Shown here one piece after another: positions 1-11,927 of a DNA stretch of 64,000 bases. This DNA is from Adineta vaga (Eukaryota > Animalia > Rotifera). The translations under genes were made by a program, and so were the position numbers. Positions within the stretch are counted from its first letter, which is position 1; every line of letters begins with the position of its first letter. Below the pieces are notes generated by a model. That model was not told the DNA's origin. It ran no database searches and saw nothing but the letters and a program-made list of their open reading frames with translations. The stretch covers positions 2,418,001-2,482,000 of the forward strand of contig CP075495.1 of NCBI GenBank assembly GCA_021613535.1. The letters are read 5' to 3'.

Positions 1-151
1 CAATTCATCTCGACAGTTCTTTAATTAGAAATAATTAAGAGCATGATTGAAAAGAAAAAATAAAAGCGAGAGTAGAATTTCCATATCAGATAGAAGAAAA
101 TATCATGATCAAAAAATTAAACTTTTCTTTTTTTTTTTCGTATCTTTATAG

Positions 152-3100
152 GTATGATTGTCGTGGACATTTATCGGATTTAACATTATGGGATAGTGAT
201 TTATTACGAAAAAAACCAGGATATAATGAAGAACAATATATGAATGAAGAAGAAAAACGAATAGAAGAAGAATGTGAACAAGAACGATATTTAGAATTGT
301 ATAGAGATATTGAAAAAGAAACATTACAACAAGGTTAAATTGATGAATCTCTTCTTTTTCTTTCGGCTTTAATTTGAATATTTTGTTTTAGAAGAAGAAT
401 TAAAACGAAAGAATGCAGATAAAAATACATACAATCAAGTGGGATTTAATTATCAAGAATCGAATCCAACAGTAACAAAAACAACAGAAGGTAATAATAC
501 AATTAACGAAAAGATTCATATACTTATTTGCTTCAATTTTAGAACCATCACAATCACTTGATGATGATGAATATGAACCATTTTATCCGTCGGAAAAATT
601 ACAGATACCATATGGAATGGATATTGTAAGTATTCTCGATTGATTCTTAATTTTTCTTTTTATTTCGAATACTATTCTAGCCGGAATCTATCAAATTAAA
701 TGCTATCATTGAAAAAACAGCTAGTTTTGTGTCAACATCCGGTGTTCAAATGGAAATTGTTCTCAAAACTAAACAAGCAAATAATCCTCAATTTGATTTT
801 CTCAAATATGATCATTATCTCAATCCATACTATCGTCATTTAATAATTATGATTAAATCAGGCAAATATCGACCGAATGTCGATAATAATTCAAATACAA
901 ATAATGCGAAGAAAAATTCGAATAAGAATGGTGAAGAAAGAATATTTAGTTTGTTGTCTATTCATCGAAATTTTTCTTTAGGTGTTGATCAAAATAGTAG
1001 CCATGATGAAGATGAAGGTGGTGATTCTTATTTACATCCATTATTACGTGGTGGAGCAAATACTGAGAATGCAAATGCATTAAAGAAAACTGAAGAAATA
1101 CCACGTAAACCAGCAGTTCCATTGAATATTCATAATACAGCTTATGGACAATTAATTAAAAAATACGAACATCTTCGACAACGTGATAAGTATGTTTCAA
1201 TAGTATGACAAATGAAACGAATTATTTTAATTTAAAAATTTAATTTAGAATTGCGAAAGAAAATGAAGAAGATAAAATGTCACCAAAATCGGATGATATT
1301 AAAAATGAAGAATCATCGTACGTATTAAACAGTAGTATTAATCTCTTCATTCATAGTTTTATTTCATAGGCCACGATCGGAATCATCATCCTCATCAACA
1401 ACTGTTATTCCACCTCCACCTGATGTTAAACCAATAATTGATAAATTAGCTGAATATGTTGCACGTAATGGTAAAGAATTTGAACAATCTATTCAAATCA
1501 AAAATGATCCTCGTTTTGGATTTCTCGAACGTGATCATATACATTACAATTATTATCAATTAAAAGTACAATTATGTACAGTAAGTTAGTTATAAGATAA
1601 AGAGCAAATAAATGAGATTTTTCTTTGTTATTTATCTAGCAGAATATACTTCAAAGTAAAACCGAAGACAATCAAAACGATTCGGATAATAATGAACTAA
1701 ATATTCATGGTAAAAGTGTTAAATTAGTATTAAAAACAGCGACAGATGAATCATTAACACCGACATCATGCCGTGAATTTCAATCCGATGAAGATTCAAA
1801 TTCAAATCAACCAAGTAATTTTCTCATGAAAAGAAATATTTATTGATAATTGAAACATTCAAACTACTCATTTTTGGATATTTCATGTTGATATAAAAGA
1901 ACGATTTGAATGTGCTACATGGCGCATTTCTTCTCTTTTATTCAAAATGATCTTACCTTGTAATTTCATTTGAATATCTCTCAACAAGCATAATACAATA
2001 TTCATTGATTCCATTGAATTCATGTTCGATAAAAGTGCACCTATTGATTTAACAAATAGTCAATAGTAGATGATTATATCTTTGGACATAGAATGTCTAA
2101 TTATAGAAATAACCTTCAAGGACAAAGTAATCAATGGCTAATTCTATTTGTTGATATAATTTAGATATTCAAAATGATAATCGTGAATTTATTGGTCCTC
2201 GTCCACCTTCGCCGGAATTTCTTGAACGAATGCGTAAACAAGAAGAACGTCGTGATCGTGTTAGTGGTTTTGTTCGTGATAAAATCGTTCGTGATAAACA
2301 AGAAGAACGTAAACGTAAAGCGGAAATGCTTGTACAACAATTAAAAACAAAAACAACAGAACCATCATCAGCGACGACAACAACAACAACAACAAATATT
2401 GATTCCAATGATTCAATAACTACTACTTCAAATGGTACGAATCCTGTTCTGATAGAAAAATTATTAAATGTAAAAAATGAACGTTCATCATCATCGATAA
2501 TAACTTCTCCACGTCAATATGGAAGTTCGAAACATTCAAGATCAACATCAAAATCTCGAAGTCATACGAAATATTATCGTCGATCACGATCACGATCACG
2601 AAGTAATCATCGACGACGAAAACGTTCATCTCACAGGTAAATTCTCTTTCTTTTTCTTCCTATTCACCATATTTAATTAATTATTTATTTATTTAGACGA
2701 TCACGTACACGTTCCAAATCTCGTAGTCATCATCGTTCAAAAAAATCGAAAAAGTAAGTATCATCATCATCAAATTTCTCATTGAATCATTTTTCAATAT
2801 TTCAACACTTTTATATAACTACATATATATCCCTATTCATTCAAATCACCTAGTCATACACTAGAATCTAGATTGATCGAATAAGATTGGCAAACAAATT
2901 CGTCTATCATCTTTTCTTGCCGACAGGTATCGTAGAATTGGATCATATTAGCTTTGTTTTTTTTCTATCTTTTTTTCTTTTGTTTTCGAAATATAAAACG
3001 ATATTTATTTTGTTTGTATTTTTCCATTCATAGTTCGAAATCTAGTCGAGATCATCGTCATCATCGATATCGACGTCGTCGACATTCATCATCATCGTCT

Positions 3101-3577
3101 CAATCATCATTATTGTCGACATCTTCATCTAAATCAAGATCTTCTTCTTCGTCTTCTTCTTCACGTGATAGAAAAAAGAAGAAAAAAGCAAATCATCTTG
3201 ATGAAGAACAACAACAAAATCAGCAGAAGAAGAATCTACAAGCATCCAAGTAAGTTTAAACAAGATAAGATTTTTTTGTTTTACTTCTTTTTATCAACGA
3301 AGTGAAGTATAACCTTTCGAGGGATTTGATAAGAATAGAAATAATGATTACGTACAATTCATGATGTTCTAACAGACTTTGTACTTTATAAACTAAGCAT
3401 TGAAAAGAAAAGTAGAACAATATAGATATTTGATTTGTTTTTTCTTCTTCTTCTAGATGGGATCAACGTGAGCCAAATAAAGTTAAAACTGAGTCTCTAT
3501 CAAGTGAAACCAATGCACCTGTTTCATCATTATCAATGAACACTGACATCACGTTATCGAACAGTACTTCAACTTGA
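152..3577 (+). CDS. SFSWAP: Splicing factor suppressor of white-apricot homolog (SWAP), multi-exon, 5' end outside the window
   Basis: First visible exon 152-333 encodes RYDCRGHL...[10 protein letters not shown] (DRY_EERY domain). Two SURP modules follow (IIEKTASFV...[17 protein letters not shown]; [20 protein letters not shown]...DPRFGFL), then an RS-rich tail. The last exon 3457-3577 ends in TGA. Introns are GT-AG. Confidence 0.9.
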
Positions 3578-3832
3578 TGTATGTGTGAAATTGAAAAAGA
3601 AAAGATTATTACATGATGTAAATTTTTCTTTTTTCATTCTGTCTATTTTGTTGTTATTCTTACTTCTTCTCTTTCTTCATATGTAACTAGTCTGATTCAG
3701 CGTCGACGGATATTTACTAAAATAAAACGAAAAAGAAAAAGTTTTGTTCTTTTTTTTTGGTATTTTTGAGAACGAAGAAAAAGTATAAATCTATATTCGT
3801 TTCATTTCTTTTTCTTTTTGGATACGATCAGG

Positions 3833-5511
3833 ATGAAAAGTATCTTAGCACGATCATTATTTTCTTCTATTAAACAAGTAAGAAAAAACTTTTTCAATGA
3901 TGTTAATCATCGAAGATGATTTGTTTGATCTCAGGCACAACAAATTCATAGTAGACGATTGAAATGGACTGGACGAGAATCATTAAATGAGATTGATCCG
4001 GAAATGTATGGTCTGATAAAAAAAGAAAAAAAACGACAATTACAAGGTTTAGAAATGATTGCATCAGAAAATTTTACATCACGTGCTGTACTTGAGGCAC
4101 TTGGATCATGTTTAACAAATAAATATTCTGAGGTAGTCATATTCATAATGAATTAATCTTCGAAATGAGAAGATTTTCAATTTTATAGGGTTATCCAGGT
4201 GTACGATATTATGGTGGAAATGAATATATTGATGAAATTGAAAGTTTAACACAAAAACGAGCACTTCAAGCATTCAATTTAAATCCAGAGGAATGGGGTG
4301 TAAATGTTCAATCGTTATCGGGTGCACCTGCAAATTTTGCTGTATATACAGCACTTCTTGAACCACATGGACGTTTAATGGGCCTAGATTTACCTGATGG
4401 TGGACATTTAAGTCATGGTTATGCAACATTAACAAAGAAAATCTCAGCAACAAGTGTCTTTTTTGAAACAATGCCTTATAAAGTTGATCCCAAAACGGGT
4501 CTAATCGATTATGATTATTTAGCTAAAACATCGAAATTATTTCGGCCAAAAATCATTGTCGCTGGAATATCATGTTATTCTCGAAATCTTGAATATGATA
4601 AATTTCGGTCAATTTGTGATGATATTGGTGCTGTGCTTCTTGCTGATATGGCTCATGTTAGTGGTCTTGTTGCTGCTAATGTTGTCGCCAATCCTTTTGA
4701 ACATTCCGATATTGTTACAACAACAACACATAAAAGTTTACGTGGACCACGAGCAGCATTAATTTTCTTTCGACGTGGAATAAAAAAGAAACAAACAACA
4801 AAGAAAGGCTCGAAAGATGAGCAAGTTGAAACCTACGATTTTGAAAAACGAATTAATGAAGCTATTTTTCCTGGATTACAAGGAGGACCACATAATAACT
4901 CGATTGCTGCTATTGGCATTGCTTTGAAAGAAGCTAGTACTAATGAATTTAAAACCTATGCTAAACAAGTTATTAATAATGCGAAACAATTAGTAAAATC
5001 ACTTCAAGAAAAAGGCTATGTATTTGTTTCTGGTGGTACAGATACACATTTAGCTCTACTTGATTTACGTCCTCTTGGACTTGATGGTGCTAAAACTGAA
5101 AAAGTTCTAGAAGCTGTTTCAATTGCTGTGAATAAAAATACGTGTCCTGGTGATAAATCAGCTCTTAAACCATCAGGCATTCGTTTAGGTAATAGTTTTT
5201 CAAGTCGATCAAATTGTTTCCTTTTGATATAACGACAAATCTATCATGTTTCTTTAGGTACACCTGCATTAACAACACGTGGTTTTTGTGAAAAAGATAT
5301 CGTTGAAGTTGCTAATTATATCGATCAAGCAATAAAATTAGCCGTTGAAATCAATAAATCAAATGATTCAAAGAAATCTTCTGGAATAACATTGAAAGAT
5401 TTTAAAGAAAATATGAAACGTAGTGAACATGCAAAAAGTATTCAAGATTTAAAACATGCTATTGAAATATTTGCAGAAAAATATTCCATGCCTGGTTATG
5501 ATGAAATTTGA
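3833..5511 (+). CDS. SHMT2: Serine hydroxymethyltransferase, probably mitochondrial
   Basis: Motifs [43 protein letters not shown] (PLP lysine) and [10 protein letters not shown]. The N-terminus [24 protein letters not shown] is basic and S-rich with no acidic residues, like a presequence. 4 exons. Confidence 0.93.
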
Positions 5512-6973
5512 TCTAGTAAACTACTTCTATAGATGATTATTTTAAGCATTCTATTCATTTGTTTGTTTTGTCGAGAAATGATTTGTTGATGATCTATTTA
5601 TTCACTTTGTTTTCATTACAAAATAAACAAAAAGCTTATATGCTAGTTTAGCTGATAAATCTTGAACTTTCGAAATTTACACACGATGAATAATATGATT
5701 TCAGTATCTGGGTCAGAGAGATTTGAATGAAATATAACCTTGTTATAGAATATTAATACAAAAGCTATTCTATGCAATTCCTTCGAGGCTACTATGTGGA
5801 ATTCATATAGTCAATATGCTGTGTTGCCCTCTTTGTATTATTGGCCTAACAATAATGGAAATCTGTCAGTGATTGCATTAAGGAAGAGAGAATGCACAAA
5901 ACTCCTGGTGTTAGAACCTTTTACTTCCTAATTTTCTTTCGAAAAATATATTCAAACTCCACAGAATTACATTTCATATTGTCTAACTAATCGGAATGTA
6001 TGTTCTCAAATAAAAAAAAATGTACCACTAGACAAGGTCATTGACTTCTTTTTCCAAGCTGTTATTTGATAAAGAGAAGCATTCTGGAAACTGAACAAAC
6101 GTCATTATCGCAGATTATGTACGCTCAGTACATCCCTACAGGATGGTTTCGACCTGAAACATTTTTCTCTGATTCACAAGATATACTTTGTTAAATCATA
6201 CCTTTAAATCTAATTCTGCATCAATGAACAACTAAAAAAAGATACTCAAAAAGTATCTTACAAGTTTAATCTCATTCTGTTTTTGTATTTCAAAGAAGGA
6301 GAAAAAAATCATGATTTAAATCTACACTTATTTTTCCGGTAGCTTCATCAAACTTATCTATGCAATGATTTCTCCTATTCATTTATGCTCAAGGATGCGA
6401 TGTAGGTGTAATCTGTCAACTTATATTTGCTCGACAAATCTCAATCCAATTATACCAAATAATAACTAAATAACTCTATTGTCTTAATAAGAATGACAAT
6501 AACATTGAATCAATGTACTGAAAAGAATGATTGTTCGAATAGTCAGTTAATCAGTATGCTATACAATTGGTTTTTCGTTATGTTGTCAAAGAAGAACGGA
6601 AGTTTGTGACTATTTGCTTCTGTTTTAAAGTTATCCTATATAATTAGAATAGAGAAAAGCATGATTACCATAAACAAACTATATGGCATAGAAGAACACT
6701 TTGTTATATGTTACAAGAAACATGCAACAACTATCTCAATGAAAATAAAACCAAGTCCAATTAAATATTGTTCTGTAGGAGTAATCAAGTGAGATATTAT
6801 TTATGACTTTCATCAAAAGATCGCATGCTTAATTGTCAGTGAGAATATGTAAAAGTCTTGTCAAAACTTATTATTTTAATGTGTTTTAGCATATTTACTT
6901 TAAATAGATTGACAAGAAAAAAACGAAAGAAAGAGTACTATATACATGTTCTTTTATTTATTTATTTATTTTC

Positions 6974-8363
6974 TTATACAGCAGCACGTCCAGTTTGATT
7001 GTTGTTACGATTGAATCGCGATGGATTTGTTGTTCGTACCGTCATCATTCCATGTGGACTATCTCGACTTTTGGAATTTGTATAGGAATTATTATCACTT
7101 TTGTTTGTAATTGGTCGAGGTGATTTCCTTAGATCATCAGATTTCATTAATTGTCTTTGTGTTTGTTTTCCATTTTTACAACAATCTTTGATAAAACAAC
7201 AACGACGACACATAACTCGTAAAGAATAACGAAATTTTGAATTAGTTAATGAATAGATAAAAAAATTAATTGAATGATTAACAATTAATAATAAATTTGA
7301 AAGAAATAATAAACAAACGAATGTAAATGCTTTTAAATGTCCACATGGATTGCCATCGATTAGACCAAATATAGTTAGAACAAGAACAGGTAATTGACAA
7401 ATAATATTGAAAAAACATATAATTAAAACCATTCGTGTGATGCGAGATTTCGATTTTAAACGTTGAGCAACAACTTCTGAATGTAAAATAAATTCTTTCG
7501 ATTTTTTCGTACCTATTTCACGATTAACAATACGAATTAATAATATCCAAAGTATGACACATATAACCCATGGACCTAATAGAGATAATCCTGCTGAGAT
7601 AACTTTAATAACATCGAGTGCATCAGCCTGTGAACGATAATAATAATATGGTACAATTGATAATATACTAAAGAGAAAAATGACAATAAGAGCTTTACGT
7701 TCATTTTCACTTGAACAATAAACTTGAGAATAAAGCGGTTTAACAACAATCATCAAACGAAAAGATGTAATTGTTACAACTAGAAAGAGAAAAATACAAT
7801 TCCTCTTATTATCAACAAATAATCAAGTCTTACCGATCCAATTCGAACAAAACGTTGCACCAGTTGCTATAGGCATAACAAATAAATTAACCAAATGAAT
7901 TAAATTTTGATTATTTTTTGGACCATAATAATAAATTATATGAGAAATACAAGCAAGTGTTGGAGCAACAATATCACTTATTGCTAGACCTTGAAGTAAA
8001 TTATTAACACCACCTTTTCGCATTAATCGACGATTCAAGACTAACAATGTCAAAATATTTCCTAATGAATCAAATAAGAAACGTTTTTTTTTGCATTTGA
8101 TAACCTTGTCATTGACTTACCCAGATTTCCTAAAATCATTAAGATTAATTGAATAATACCCCAGATAATTCTTCCTGATAAACCTTCCAATGCATCACCA
8201 ATCAGTTGATCTAAAAGAAATTGATATTCTTTAAAAACTTCTTCTAGTTTTTCTTCAACTTACCGGCACAAATTGTTATATTATCAAATGAAACCAATGG
8301 TAAATTCGTAGTCGAAGTAGTATTCAACGGAATCGACGTCGTTAAGGGAATATCGGTGTGCAT
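6974..8363 (-). CDS. Rhodopsin-class orphan peptide GPCR (invertebrate FMRFamide/myosuppressin-receptor-like clade)
   Basis: 4 coding exons give 7 hydrophobic segments: TM1 GNLGNILTLLVL, TM2 LAISD, TM6 FFNIICQLP, TM7 NHSINFFIYSLTNSKFR. The N-terminus has NTT/NIT sequons. Confidence 0.8.
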
Positions 8364-11300
8364 TTTTTTTTCCTCTAGAAAATACGAAGACAATAATAAT
8401 AGATGAAGTATGTTCGTTTTCATATTAGACAAAATCCTGTTATTGACAATGAATAGTTGGAAGAACTGATACAATATCTTTAGAAATTTGTTATTTAATC
8501 GTGCATGAGTCCAAGAATATAGGGAACTTACTTTTCCAATGAGAACTTTTTTTTTTCTTCATAAATATTGAATGTGTTCGTGATCATATCTCATTAACGG
8601 AAAGTTGTTGCTGATGATCGAAAATAGCCTTAAAAATTAGATTCTACTCTATCAACTCGAAAATAGACTCATTTTTCGAAACGAAATCGTTATGAACTAT
8701 ATAAGTAGCTCTTGTAAACTATTATTCTGTCTCAAAAAGTTCGAGTTCATATAGCAATCATAAGTCTTTTAAGTATTATGACAGGGAAAAAAAAGAAACA
8801 TTTTTTCCCTACTCTTGACGACATTTATCTTTTTTGTTCTACTCCAAAAAGAAAGAAAGAAAGAAAGAAGAGTTACATAGCTCATCGTCAAATTAGATTC
8901 TCTCAAAAGATTTTCTCATCAATATTTATATTAAAAATTTTGTATATCAGATTGAAACATCTCAAGAAATATTGCTGAGTAATAATCATGACGATATTTG
9001 ATTGTTTTCATAGAAAAGTAAAAGTTCATGAATACTTAGTAAGAAAATTAAAAATAAATGACGAAATTGATTAGATCACGCAGAAATATTTATAAAAAAA
9101 AAGAAAAGAAAAACGAAACTCATGATATAGAAAGGAATTATAAACAAAAGAAAATTTTTAATAGAATAGAAGAAGAAAGAATTCTCCTTCGTAAAATATT
9201 CTTAAGCTAAAACAAGTCACTAGAATCGTGTATAGGGATAGTATTAAAACAGGATACTAAATGGCTTGGATAAATCTCATGAGATCAGCTTTCTATCTTC
9301 ATTATCAGATAATATTATGCAAACTAATTGATAAATTGAGTAGCTACAGGATGAATTCATTCGGATTAAAATAAAAAGAATATCGAACATACTTGCGTGA
9401 CATTCAAAGAAAAAGAAAGGAAAGAAGAAAAACAACATTGTGTCTGCTCAATATTTATCATTATAACAAACCCATAGAATTATCTCTTCTCTTGAGCTTC
9501 TAAAAAAAAACTATCCTAACGAAACATTACAAATGATTATACCATTGTCAAGGACTAAAAAATAGTAAATAGAAAAATATGTATCTATTATTTTATCACC
9601 TTATTTTTTTCGTTTGATGACATATAGATATGACAGACAAAAGACGTCTTTAGTATAATCAATAATCACGAGTTGATGAATTAATCTAATATTTATCTCG
9701 CATTATTTGTTAACTAGAAAAATTGTTGAATAAATATGTATTCAGCTAGAAAGAAACGCTCGAAATCATATTGTGAGAGAATATTAGCGTGGTTAATCGA
9801 TTTTACATACAGACAAGATTATAGTGAACTAATGAATATCTATTCTATCAAAGAAAGATTTCTTTTTATCCGTAGAAAATTATCACAGTCGAATAATTTA
9901 TTCCTATTAATATTCATTATTAAAGGATAGTTGATTAACTTTCTTATGAATAATTACAAATTCAACAGATTAATACGTATGAAATTTAATCAAACGTCTG
10001 TGTTAAAACTTATCGTACCTGTTAAATACGGAAGTACATGTTAATTCAATTATATTCAAGATTAATGACTTCACTATTCGTAAACATCTTTTATTTCTCA
10101 GTCTAATTATTGTAAATAAGGTTTAGTATTTCATAGAATTGAATATGATGTATCAAATGATGGTAATCGCACTTATTTTTCAGAAAAACAAATATGAATC
10201 TTATGTCAACATCTCGTGAATTCATTTTAGTCTGGAAGAAACACTTGTAATCGTTTCTTATCGATATGCTGTTGAGTAATACAACAACAACAACAACAGC
10301 AACAAAAAAAAAGACTTACTCGTGTTTTCCTCACTAACTCTACTGATGCTAACATTTTGAATAGAGCAATATCTAGATTCTAGTTTTTCTCAGAGAAACA
10401 AAAAAAATGTAAATCAACATTCATACAACTATGAATGGGTTTTATCGTTCTCTTTATTGTGTAAGGAATGAGTGTAGTTTAACAATAGGATTGAATGCTA
10501 TTTATATAAAATATGTTTGACGTCAATAAGAAGAGATTTATCCTCCAACATAACAAGCACTTTCATTCAAACAACCAAGACCAATAGAATCTGACGTTAT
10601 TTTCTCATAAAATTCTTTTATTTCTAATTTTTACACTATACTATTAGAAGTTCTCGTTTTATAAAAATAAGAAAAAGAATAATTTCTTCATATATGTTGT
10701 TTACTCTATCTATTATCAAGATGAAAGATAAGAGAACTTGAAAAGATTGCTTTTTATAAAAATATTACCATTTCTACATTTTCATATTCATCAATATTCA
10801 CAGTACATATTGATGTAAACAACTACCAAAAGAATATCCATCGTTGACTTTAATCGTAATTCTTCTCACAAGGGAAATTTTCTAATAGTAATATATGTTT
10901 TGTTACTACTGATAGTTTCATTTCTATTAAACTTTATTTATTTATTAATTACTTTGCCTGTAAAATTAAACATTTGTAAATAGAATCTTATAAAACTTCA
11001 TTTAATTTTATTCAAATTCTTCTATATTTTTGATATAACAAAACAAAATCACCTGATGTTTTTCTCTTCATTGAATTATTAAGAATTGTACTCAAAATAT
11101 CAGTCGTATTGTCTCCTGAGTCTTTTATATATTATTCAACAAATATTGACTATCGTTTTCGGGTTTAAAGGCATTCAGACCTTGATGTTAATTCTATCTG
11201 TACTTTTTTATGACAACATAAGACAGAAAAAAGTCAGGATTATACGATGATGATGATAATGTCAAACATGATTATTAAAGTAGATAATATTATTCAAAAA

Positions 11301-11845
11301 TTTATCAAATAAAAATTCCCAAATGAATAGTTGCGACGATGAACAGAAAACAAACTAATACTATCATCGTCCTCTGAGAACCACTATTAAACATCAAACG
11401 GAAGTTTAATTTATATCTATAGTATCAATCGTATTCTTTCTAATTAGTTTTCTTTCCTAGATCTTCTAGATCATTAGTCACGAACAAACTTCAATATTCT
11501 CTATCGACAGTTTTGTTATTGATTTGTCCTAGATTTGTTATTGTTTTTTTTGACATGAAATATGCATGTATCCATTCACGACATATTATCAGACATAAAG
11601 AAGAAAAACTAACAAGCCAATTCACCTTTCTATTTTTCTTTTTCGAGTTGCATGTTTATTTCTCTTTGTTTCGACTCGATCAACACATAAGAAACACAAA
11701 TCTCGTTTTTTCTTTCTTCATCAGTCGAAATGATTAACAATCATCTTAAAGAAATATTTTTCAATAGGTTTCACAACATTTGATTGCACAAGAGAAGACG
11801 AAGAAAGAAACACACCTGTTTTTTTATTTTCAGTTCAAATTAAAC

Positions 11846-11859
11846 ATTACTATGACAAC
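11846..11859. promoter_or_regulatory. RFX X-box-like element upstream of the TTLL10-like ATG
   Basis: ATTACT-AT-GACAAC has one mismatch to GTHNYY-AT-RRNAAC and lies about 70 nt upstream of a ciliary tubulin-modifying gene. Confidence 0.3.
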
Positions 11860-11927
11860 ATTCGAATATTAACTTCTACCTTTTTTTTCTTCTCCTTTTT
11901 AAAAACCAAGAATTTATTACCTTAATT

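Noticed and set aside
5520-6950. 1.4-kb spacer between convergent SHMT and GPCR, possibly a TE relic
   Set aside because: No ORF, terminal repeat or recognisable motif could be supported.
8400-11800. Short F/K/I-rich ORFs and a long gene-free stretch
   Set aside because: No protein motifs. The stretch is best explained as GPCR 5'UTR introns (minus-strand donors near 8531, 9392 and 10319) and divergent promoter DNA.
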